Shown here piece by piece: positions 45,887 to 53,631 of a DNA stretch of 64,000 nucleotides. The notes beneath the pieces were generated by a model that saw only the letters and a program-made list of their open reading frames with translations, had not been told where the DNA came from and did no database searches. Positions within the stretch are counted from its first letter, which is position 1. Every line of letters begins with the position of its first letter. Origin of the DNA: Candidatus Latescibacterota bacterium. GTDB taxonomy: Bacteria; Latescibacterota; UBA2968; UBA8231. Location: the NCBI GenBank assembly GCA_964291625.2, contig OZ220089.1, forward strand, positions 320,001 through 384,000. Direction: 5' to 3'. The position numbers and the translations under genes were made by a program.

Positions 45887-48739
45887 CTACAGGATCCGAG
45901 CCTGGATGAAGAACTCGCTGAGCCGCTGGACCCGCCGGCTCGGCAGGTTGACGAACTCGGAGCGGCTGGAACGGAATCCGAGGTTCGTGCTCACGTCGTA
46001 GCCGGTGTAGTTGCTCAGGTTCTGGATGAGGACGATCCAGTGCCGGGCGTCGAAATCCCTTGACGGCGCCTTGGCCTCGCGGAACCGGTGGAGCCACGGC
46101 AGTCCCTGCACGCCCGCGCGAAGAGTCGTGTCCTCACTCAGCGCGTAGTCGGCCCGCAGAATGGGGATGATCTCGTGGCTCTCCAGGGGCATGAGGAGAT
46201 CACCCGGCGCCGTCCTCCGCCGCAGGGTGAACTTCACCATCGGACTCAGAGTCAGCCTGCCTCTGACATGGGCGTAATCGGCCTTGCTCACCAGGCTCCA
46301 GTCGAGGATGTCGTCCCCCAGTCCCGGCCGGCTGTCCCTGCGGTTGTTCCACTCGACCTTGGCTGCCTGGATGAGGTTCAGTCCCTCGACGCCGGTGTAG
46401 TGGCCCTTGGCGAAGAGGGTGCTCACGAGGCTGTTTTCCATCAGCATGAGATCGGGCCGCGGACGGATGGCGACATTGACCTGGGTCTGGGGCTCGATCA
46501 CCGCCTCGAAGAGTGGGTTGGGTATGTCGTCGCGTACCCGCTTGAGACGCCAGCGGGCGATGAATCGCCCCGCTTCGCTCCCTTCCGCCGTGTAACCGAG
46601 CTCTCCATAGGTCACCTCGTTTCGGCCTGCCGCCGCTCGCTGCCGGACCCGGTACCGCCCGAGGCGCAGCCCTGCTCTCTCGAAGGGTTGCACCGAGGCA
46701 AAGCCGTGGTAGCCCCGACTGTCCAGGTCATAGGGGAGGTCCGCCTTGTTGTCGTTCTCGCGCACGTCGACCACGCCGTTGTTGTTGAAGTCCTCCCCGT
46801 ACACGAAGTCGTCGGGTTCGACGTAGTACATGAGGAAGGGCTCGAGATAGTCCGGGTACTGGTTGCGGTTGACGTTGGTGTCCACCACCCCGTCCTCGTC
46901 CTGATCCAGGCCCGGGAAGACCCCGTGCCCGCCGCCCAGGCCGTACTCCCCGGCCGCATCGGGCCGGATGGCGTCCACGTCGATCCCCGAGGCGTTGGCA
47001 TAGGCTATGTAGACGGGGTCCAGAGGGTCCCAGTGTTCCACCTTGTCCGGCCACTCGTCGCCGTCGTCGTTGTCCTCCACCAGGTCCCACCCCAGGACGG
47101 CCTGCTGGCCCTCGGACCACACGGGCAACGAGACCTGGTAGGTCGGAGGGACGTGGAAGATCTCCAACCCCACGTCCCCCAGGGACCACTCCTGCAGGAG
47201 ACGCACGTACCACGCGTTCGTGGCGCGGTTCTCCCGTCGCCCCAGGAAGGGGAACCGGGCGTGCTGGACGTTGCTGATGTACTCCGCCTCCAGGTTGGCC
47301 CCGCCGATCTTCGCCTCCACCGTGCTGCCGAACTGGACCAGACCCGTGGGGAAGCCGTAGTCGACGGTGACCCAGCCCATGTTGGACCCGTCCTGCACGT
47401 TCCCCGGCGCCCGCTTGACGTTGTGCCAGTCGCTCCAGAGCGACGTGCCGCCGCCGAAGAAGCCATAGGCGGCGCCCACGTCCAGGCTGTAGTCCCCCGA
47501 CACCTGCACCCGGAACCGCAGGCTCTGCGGATCACCGGGCACCTCGTAGCGCAGTACCAGCAGGTCCGTGCCGCCCACCTGGAGGGGGAAGGGCTCCTCC
47601 ATGGGGATGCCCTCCCTGGCGAAGAGTCCCGAACGCTCGACGAAGATCCGGTCGGCGTTGAAGATCCGCGGGGCCCACGCTCCGTCCCGGCGGATGTGGG
47701 GAACCTCGCTCACCTCCACGACCTGGGGGATCAGCTTCACCTCGGGATCCACGTCCAGCCGCTGCTGACCGGCGTACAGCTCCACGGCGTACACATCGAC
47801 ACCGTGCTCATCCTCCGGCGAGTCGTCGCTGATGACCAGGTAGAAGGAGGAGGTGCCGGTCAGACGGGAAGGGACATCCCCGCGGAGGCTCGTGTTCCGC
47901 TGGGCCGCATCCTGCAGGTGTAGGTTCACGTAGGATGCGCCGAAGGTCAGGATGTCGCCGAACTGGCTGCTCCAGTGGCCGCCGAAGAGGTAGTGGGTGA
48001 AGTGACGGTCACCCGTCAGCGGCCGGGGCACGCGGGACGAGATCAGGGAGAAGCTGTTGCGGTGGGAGGACGCGTCCCAGCGGAGCCCCTCCAGACGGGA
48101 GAGGTTCAGGGTCAGCGGAGTGAACCGGCCGTCGAGGAGGTTGCCGATCATGAACCGGGTGGACCAGCCCCCGAAGGCGTCACGGAGGATCACCATGTTG
48201 CGGAACCGGCCCAGGCCCCAACCCGGCACCCTGCTGCTGCGCGCGGGGTCCAGGGTGCCGTACTCCTCGATCCGCAGGATCTCCACGCCGTCGACCAGGT
48301 AGGAACCGAAGGGATCGTAGGTGGGACGCTCGGGGCGGAATCCGTAGTCCCGGTAGCTGAGGAAGCTGTAGTTCTCGTAGCGCTCGTCCCAGAGCGGACG
48401 CAGCTCACGGTTGAGGAAGTCCTGCTGGCCCGACCAGTAGTCCTCGGGGGAACGCTGCGCCAGGCAGGGCTCGGCCAGACTGCCCGCCAGCACCGACAGG
48501 GCAAGACCTGCCACGGCCGCGCGCACTCTGCGGCCAGCGCATCCGGCGGCGGGCCACCGGCCGGCGCGGGGGCCGCCGGCGATCAGGTGGCCCGCATGGA
48601 GCTGGAGCCGATGGAAAGGACCGTCCCGGAGCCGGGACGCGGCCCGGTGCCCAACCTGGGTGCCAATCTCAAGGACAGGCGCAACCCCTCCGGGCCCATC
48701 ACCCGTGCCGTTCGTCGTCTCGGAGGCCTCGGTTGGCAA
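45887..48739 (-). CDS. Uncharacterised ~900-aa secreted/outer-membrane protein, paralog D (start uncertain; GTG 48526 possible)
   Basis: Signal-like VRAAVAGLALSVLAGSLAEPCLAQ; FTPLTL, SDDSPED, GNVQDGSNM, DNDDGDEWPD, GVFPGLD, DFNNNGVVDVREND. Confidence 0.78.
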   Translation of the reverse strand: MPTEASETTNGTGDGPGGVAPVLEIGTQVGHRAASRLRDGPFHRLQLHAGHLIAGGPRAGRWPAAGCAGRRVRAAVAGLALSVLAGSLAEPCLAQRSPEDYWSGQQDFLNRELRPLWDERYENYSFLSYRDYGFRPERPTYDPFGSYLVDGVEILRIEEYGTLDPARSSRVPGWGLGRFRNMVILRDAFGGWSTRFMIGNLLDGRFTPLTLNLSRLEGLRWDASSHRNSFSLISSRVPRPLTGDRHFTHYLFGGHWSSQFGDILTFGASYVNLHLQDAAQRNTSLRGDVPSRLTGTSSFYLVISDDSPEDEHGVDVYAVELYAGQQRLDVDPEVKLIPQVVEVSEVPHIRRDGAWAPRIFNADRIFVERSGLFAREGIPMEEPFPLQVGGTDLLVLRYEVPGDPQSLRFRVQVSGDYSLDVGAAYGFFGGGTSLWSDWHNVKRAPGNVQDGSNMGWVTVDYGFPTGLVQFGSTVEAKIGGANLEAEYISNVQHARFPFLGRRENRATNAWYVRLLQEWSLGDVGLEIFHVPPTYQVSLPVWSEGQQAVLGWDLVEDNDDGDEWPDKVEHWDPLDPVYIAYANASGIDVDAIRPDAAGEYGLGGGHGVFPGLDQDEDGVVDTNVNRNQYPDYLEPFLMYYVEPDDFVYGEDFNNNGVVDVRENDNKADLPYDLDSRGYHGFASVQPFERAGLRLGRYRVRQRAAAGRNEVTYGELGYTAEGSEAGRFIARWRLKRVRDDIPNPLFEAVIEPQTQVNVAIRPRPDLMLMENSLVSTLFAKGHYTGVEGLNLIQAAKVEWNNRRDSRPGLGDDILDWSLVSKADYAHVRGRLTLSPMVKFTLRRRTAPGDLLMPLESHEIIPILRADYALSEDTTLRAGVQGLPWLHRFREAKAPSRDFDARHWIVLIQNLSNYTGYDVSTNLGFRSSRSEFVNLPSRRVQRLSEFFIQARIL

Positions 48740-48746
48740 GTTGCTC

Positions 48747-50813
48747 TCAGTAAACCACCCCTACGACGCCAGTGGCGGTTTCGGTCCCGGCATCGAGCTC
48801 CACCTGGACGCGGTAGATGTAGTTGCCCGGCGGCACGAGCCGGCCCTCGTCGTCCCTGCCGTCCCAGTATCCGGGGACGATGCCTCGGGCCCCGCTGACG
48901 AGGCGCAGGTAGACGCCGGCCGCCAGGGGGGCCGGCTTCAGATCGCGCACCAGAGTGCCCCGGAGGTCGAAGATGCGCACTCCCAGGTCGCGGGGCGTGT
49001 CGACCTTGCTGAGAATCAACTCGATGACGGTGTCGTCGTTGATGTCGTCGCCGTTGGGTGTGAAGACGGAGGGATTCGCGCGGACCCTCGACAGGGCATT
49101 CTCGGTGGAGGTCGTGGGGACCACCGCCCAGGAGAAGAGCTCGCCCGTGCTCTCGTCCATACCGACGCTCTCGGCCACGTTGACGGGGTTGTCCGAACCC
49201 GGGCTGAAGAGGAACATGCGGAACTCGTGGCTGTTCGCATGGGAGCGGGCCCGAAAGGGTATCTGCAGCTGGTCGATGTCGCGAAGCGGCTCGGTAAAGG
49301 CGAGTTCCAGCGCATCCTGGGTGGAGGTCCAGTCCGCCAGAATCCCCTGGAGCCGACCGTCGTCGACCAGCCGGGCCTCGCTGGGGACGGCGATGAGCAG
49401 CCGCTCGATCCCCGCGTCTTCGGGGGCAAAGACCAGGTGCAGGGTGCACACGAAGAGGGTGTCCGCGCCCATTGAGACCCGGTTGGGCGCAACCCTGGAA
49501 TGGGCGCCCGAAACGGCGAGTTCCTCGATGGTGTAGTCCAGCTCCAGGCTGTGCAGCGCCGGCGTGCGCCGCTGATCCCTGGACTCCAGGGAAACCCGGT
49601 ACTGGAGCCAGGCCCCCGGCTCCGAAGCGGGGAACCAGACGTCTCCACTCGACAAGGGACTGCTCCAACCGCGCCCGGGATCCTCGAAGTCCTCCGTCGA
49701 GTTCCCCGTCCGGAACTGGACGAAGAGATCGGTGCGCACGGGGACCTCCGCATCCCAGCGGACCCGGCCGAAGTTCTTGGCCTGGCCGGGCGCGCCAAGG
49801 GAGAGGGGCTCGGAGAGATAGGTGCCCTCATCGGTGTACCCGTCTCCGTAGACCTCCACCTCGGCGACCTTGGGCGGGCTCACCGAGTTGATGTCGACGA
49901 TCACGATACGCACATACCGGGTCCAGACCGGTGTGAAACGCACCTCCGTCCAGTCGAACTTCTCGATATCGTGTCTGACGCCCACTTCGGTCCAGCGGAC
50001 CTGGTCGTCGCTGACCTGTACCGAGTAGCCCCTGAGCGAATTCTCCTCCAACTGGCCAGGATTGCTCCCTCTTGTGACGACGCGGACGCTGCTGACGTTG
50101 CGCCTCACCTGCAGGTCGACGCTGGCCGAGTAGTTGAGGGCCGAGGTCGGGGGGTCCCAGGAGGTGTTCAGCTTCCCGTCCACGACCTCCTTGCGGTTGC
50201 TCGGTTTGTCCAGGGCCAGATTCCGGCCGCGAATCTGACTCAGAACCAGGCTTCCCTGCCGGGTGCCCACATCGATCCCCGCCTCGAACCCGGAGACGAC
50301 CTCGATCTCCGGGTCGAGCAGGTCCTGGATCCGGGCGCGCTCGACCGATCCCTGCTGTACGGTCTGCCACGCGGCATCATCCTCGGGATCTGCCGTCGTC
50401 CACTCCAGGCCCTGCTGCTCCGCGGCGGTCCAGTACCATCCCTGCACCACCTGGTTCGTGGTCGTCTCGATGCGGTACTCGTCGGTGACCACCGCGGCGA
50501 TCAGGCCGTTGCCGCCGCCGCCGCCGCGGTTGACGACCTTCACGGCGATGTCATTCCCCGACTTGCCGTCCTGGACCTCGATGGCATAGGCCTGCATCCG
50601 GGTACCGAGGGAATCCCCGCCGAGGAGCACGCCGTTGAAGTAGACCTCGTAGCTGTCCACGGCGGCTACGTGGAGCTGGCCCTCGAGAGGGGCCTCGGAA
50701 ACGAAGTTGGTACGGAAGTAGGAGGTGCTGCGCCACGAACTCTGCTCCCACGTCTGCGCGGTCGCCGCAGCCGTGCAGCAGAGCACGATCAGGGAGGTGA
50801 AGCGGATAGACAT
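48747..50813 (-). CDS. Secreted protein: galactose-binding-like + discoidin (F5/8C) domains + FlgD-Ig/T9SS type-B-like CTD
   Basis: Signal MSIRFTSLIVLCCTAAATAQ; NLALDKP...VVDGKLNTSW...YSVQVSDD...RYVRIVI...AEVEVYG; CTD PSVFTPNGDDIND...IFDLRG...WDGRDDEGRLVPPGNYIY. Confidence 0.82.
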   Translation of the reverse strand: MSIRFTSLIVLCCTAAATAQTWEQSSWRSTSYFRTNFVSEAPLEGQLHVAAVDSYEVYFNGVLLGGDSLGTRMQAYAIEVQDGKSGNDIAVKVVNRGGGGGNGLIAAVVTDEYRIETTTNQVVQGWYWTAAEQQGLEWTTADPEDDAAWQTVQQGSVERARIQDLLDPEIEVVSGFEAGIDVGTRQGSLVLSQIRGRNLALDKPSNRKEVVDGKLNTSWDPPTSALNYSASVDLQVRRNVSSVRVVTRGSNPGQLEENSLRGYSVQVSDDQVRWTEVGVRHDIEKFDWTEVRFTPVWTRYVRIVIVDINSVSPPKVAEVEVYGDGYTDEGTYLSEPLSLGAPGQAKNFGRVRWDAEVPVRTDLFVQFRTGNSTEDFEDPGRGWSSPLSSGDVWFPASEPGAWLQYRVSLESRDQRRTPALHSLELDYTIEELAVSGAHSRVAPNRVSMGADTLFVCTLHLVFAPEDAGIERLLIAVPSEARLVDDGRLQGILADWTSTQDALELAFTEPLRDIDQLQIPFRARSHANSHEFRMFLFSPGSDNPVNVAESVGMDESTGELFSWAVVPTTSTENALSRVRANPSVFTPNGDDINDDTVIELILSKVDTPRDLGVRIFDLRGTLVRDLKPAPLAAGVYLRLVSGARGIVPGYWDGRDDEGRLVPPGNYIYRVQVELDAGTETATGVVGVVY

Positions 50814-50840
50814 CAGGAGGTTTCCCCTGCCGATAGAAAC

Positions 50841-50874
50841 AAATGGGTGGCCGGTTTGCACCGGCCACCCATTT
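50841..50874 (-). terminator. Perfect 15-bp stem-loop between the first and second genes of the long operon
   Basis: AAATGGGTGGCCGGT-ttgc-ACCGGCCACCCATTT, followed on the minus strand by GTTTCT. Confidence 0.7.
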
Positions 50875-50916
50875 CCCGAGTCAGGCTGCTCTCAACAAGA
50901 GACGCCCGCAGGCCGC

Positions 50917-52758
50917 TTACTTGAGCAGAGTTACGCGCTTGCTCTCGGCAAAGCTCCCGGCGACCATCCGGAATACATAGACCCCGCTGCCGACCTTGGC
51001 GCCGCGAGAGTCCGTGCCGTCCCAGGTGACGTGGTAGGAACCGGGATCCAGCATCTGGTCGACCAGTCTGGCCACCTCCTGGCCGGCCACGTTGTGCACG
51101 GTCAGGGTCACCGACTCGTGCAGTTCGGGAACGGCGATGCGGACCGTGGTCTCGGGGTTGAAGGGGTTCGGGAAGGCGTCACCCAGTGCGAAGGCTCCGG
51201 GCTTTGCCCCCTCGACTTCGGAGATCCCGCTTTCCAACTCACCAACCCGTGCCCGGGCGATGTCCATTGGGAAGTGCGCCAGATAAGGCCCGGCCCCCAC
51301 GCCGATGTACAGCCCGTCGGCCTCGTTGTCGTTGTCCATCAACATGGCGATGCCGCCGAGTGCGCCCGGGGGCATGTGGATTCCCACGTTGAGCTTGAAC
51401 AGACCGAACCCGTCGGGTCCCAGGACCGTGGCCCATTCAGGCGCTTCCCAGCCGCCGACGAGGCTGATTCCCCAGCGGGTGGCCAATATGCTGATCGGAA
51501 TGTTCGAAGGGATCCCCAGGGCCTCCCTCTCCTCACTGGTGTAGTAGTCGAGGTAGAAGTCGCCGTTCTGGTTCTTCCAGACCAGATTGAGGTCGTGATC
51601 GGTCTTCGTCGGGCCCGCTCCGGGGCGCCCGAGATAACTGGTCCCGTAGTAGCCCGTGTCGTCGACATCGAACCCGGCCACGGACTTGAAGTTTCTGGGG
51701 GCGCCTTCGTCGTTGTAGACCTGCGGGAAGTAGTCCAGGAAGGACAGGACGTCCACCAGCTCTCCGGTGGCGCGGTCGAACCTCTGCACCGCGGGACCTG
51801 GCGAACCGTAGGGCTCCACGTGGTCGGCGACGGTGGCGTAGAGCAGGCCGTCGTCGGCAACCCAGGGATGGTGTCGGGCGTTGGTCACCATGGTGGTGAT
51901 GCCGCGAACCTCCATTGCGATGTACCCGCCGTCGGCGTTCTCCCAGCTCTCGTCCAGCAACGCGGTGCCCGCCTCGCGATCGATGATCGCTCGGTACAGG
52001 CCGCCCGGCGGGTTCTGGAAGCGGATGACGTACGCCACTCCGTCCTCGGCCGGATCCATCTGCAGGTAGCCGACGTCCTTCCAGTCGTTCCCGCTCTCGG
52101 CCGGAACCGCGTTGACCCACGGGATGGCGAAGGTCTCGAAGGCTTCGGGATTGGCGAGCAGGTCGGTGCCCATTTCGCTCACCCTGATGTTCCACACGCC
52201 ATCGATCTGCTGGGGGAACCAGATCTCCGGGGGGCTCTTCGTGTCGTCGACCACCGAGTTCTGCCAGGGGGCCATGGTCCCGCCCGCGTAGGTGGGCTTG
52301 GAGTCGACGTCGATGGCGAACAGGTAGGTCCTGTAGGCGCCGGAAGCCACCGCCGCTCCCGTGTAATCCGTGCCGTCCCAGGTGATGGTGTTCGAGCCCG
52401 CGTCGAACCGGTCTCCGGCACTGATGTAGACCAGGGTATCCAAGCCGGCGGCGCGGATCAGGCTCTGCTCGATGCCTCCCACCCCGAAAGGCTCTCCGCC
52501 GTACTGGGGATCGGCATCCAGGGTGTACACGGCGAGCCAGACCATGGCCGAGGGAACGCCTTCGATGGTGAAAGGGATCTCGAGCGGGGAACCGTCAAAA
52601 CTGTGGTCCACGTCCTCGGTCGAGAGTTTCAGCACCGTCGGCGCACCACCCTTCCAGTGGGCGTCGAAGCTCTGCCAGTCCGGGTTCGACTGGCCGAAAT
52701 CGTTTGCCGCGACCGTCCCGACCAGCCCGGAACACAGCAGAAGGATCGCCTTTTTCAT
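50917..52758 (-). CDS. Secreted protein with N-terminal FlgD-Ig-like domain, probable beta-propeller core and T9SS type-A-like/FlgD CTD
   Basis: AAGGAG RBS; signal MKKAILLLCSGLVGTVAA; internal ITWDGTDYTGAAVASGAY; C-terminal FPNPFNPETT...WDGTDSRGAKVGSGVYVFRM...KRVTLLK. Confidence 0.85.
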   Translation of the reverse strand: MKKAILLLCSGLVGTVAANDFGQSNPDWQSFDAHWKGGAPTVLKLSTEDVDHSFDGSPLEIPFTIEGVPSAMVWLAVYTLDADPQYGGEPFGVGGIEQSLIRAAGLDTLVYISAGDRFDAGSNTITWDGTDYTGAAVASGAYRTYLFAIDVDSKPTYAGGTMAPWQNSVVDDTKSPPEIWFPQQIDGVWNIRVSEMGTDLLANPEAFETFAIPWVNAVPAESGNDWKDVGYLQMDPAEDGVAYVIRFQNPPGGLYRAIIDREAGTALLDESWENADGGYIAMEVRGITTMVTNARHHPWVADDGLLYATVADHVEPYGSPGPAVQRFDRATGELVDVLSFLDYFPQVYNDEGAPRNFKSVAGFDVDDTGYYGTSYLGRPGAGPTKTDHDLNLVWKNQNGDFYLDYYTSEEREALGIPSNIPISILATRWGISLVGGWEAPEWATVLGPDGFGLFKLNVGIHMPPGALGGIAMLMDNDNEADGLYIGVGAGPYLAHFPMDIARARVGELESGISEVEGAKPGAFALGDAFPNPFNPETTVRIAVPELHESVTLTVHNVAGQEVARLVDQMLDPGSYHVTWDGTDSRGAKVGSGVYVFRMVAGSFAESKRVTLLK

Positions 52759-52924
52759 GAGTTGCTCCTTTTCTCCGCCCTCCATGACGAGCCCGGTTCA
52801 ATCCGGCTTTGAGGGGTGAGATTTGGTTCGTGACCTGCTATCTCCATGCCGGGTTTCGGCAGGGCCACTAAAGAGGCCACTATTGATTCTGCCTGCGGCT
52901 CAATCCTTTGGCTCCTTCTCGTTC

Positions 52925-52960
52925 AATAACACCATTACCACCCTTTTTCGTGTATGTCAA
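52925..52960 (-). promoter_or_regulatory. Candidate sigma70 promoter of the long minus-strand operon
   Basis: Perfect TTGACA at 52960-52955, a 17-nt spacer, then TG-G-TAATGG(T), in the most AT-rich intergenic region. The -10 is imperfect. Confidence 0.55.
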
Positions 52961-52961
52961 G

Positions 52962-52999
52962 AGAAAAAACAGGCCCGCGTCCCACCTGGGGCGCGGGCC
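52962..52999 (-). terminator. Rho-independent terminator of the 53022-53525 gene
   Basis: Minus strand GGCCCGCGCCCC-AGGT-GGGACGCGGGCC followed by TGTTTTTTCT. Confidence 0.75.
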
Positions 53000-53021
53000 A
53001 CGGTTGACGCTTATGTTTCGC

Positions 53022-53525
53022 TTATGATCCGCTTTCCGGATCAGAATACCCCTCGGGCCCTGATCCCTCTGCCTCGCCCGCCTTGATCCTCACGGGGTCA
53101 GACCCGACCGAGATGAACCTGGTCCGCGGGTTGAGGGTGAGTTTGTCGTAGTTCCCGAAGGGCCGCCAGCGCTTGGCCCCCGGGGTGGTCATGGTCTGGG
53201 GCTCGGCGTCCGGCGCCTCGACACCGATCATCCGCAGAGCCTCCTCCTCATCGAAAGGATCCATCCCTTCGAATCTGTAGCTGACATAGCTCGCCTCCCC
53301 CGCCTTAATTACCACGAAGACCCGTACACCCGTACCGAGCACATCCTGCCACAGCAGGTGCCCGAACCTCTTTCCCGAGTCCTGGACGTTCTGCATGGGT
53401 TCTCCCCAGCGCTCGATCAGTTGTGCCTCGCTCGTCCCGAGCACCTCGTGCACATCCAGCGGCGGCCGCTCCCGGGAGCAGGACACGCCGAGAACCAGGA
53501 CTGTGACGGCCAGTGCGATTCGCAT
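53022..53525 (-). CDS. Hypothetical lipoprotein
   Basis: MRIALAVTVLVLGVSC lipobox; VLGTSEAQLIERWGEP; terminator downstream. Confidence 0.72.
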   Translation of the reverse strand: MRIALAVTVLVLGVSCSRERPPLDVHEVLGTSEAQLIERWGEPMQNVQDSGKRFGHLLWQDVLGTGVRVFVVIKAGEASYVSYRFEGMDPFDEEEALRMIGVEAPDAEPQTMTTPGAKRWRPFGNYDKLTLNPRTRFISVGSDPVRIKAGEAEGSGPEGYSDPESGS

Positions 53526-53631
53526 CCGGATCCGATCCCTGTCTTCAACTCGCTCTGAAGCCCGGCACCTCCCGGCATCGGGCCGAGAGCCGCAAAATAA
53601 GCCGGACTCGACGGATTGTCGATCGAGTCAG

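Noticed and set aside
41200-47080. GTCGTCGTTGTT-type short repeats as a CRISPR array or tandem repeat
   Set aside because: They encode the Asp/Asn-rich protein motifs; there is no repeat-spacer periodicity and no cas gene.
52823-53086. 87-aa plus-strand ORF in the AT-rich gap
   Set aside because: It overlaps the promoter and terminator, has atypical composition and no clear RBS.
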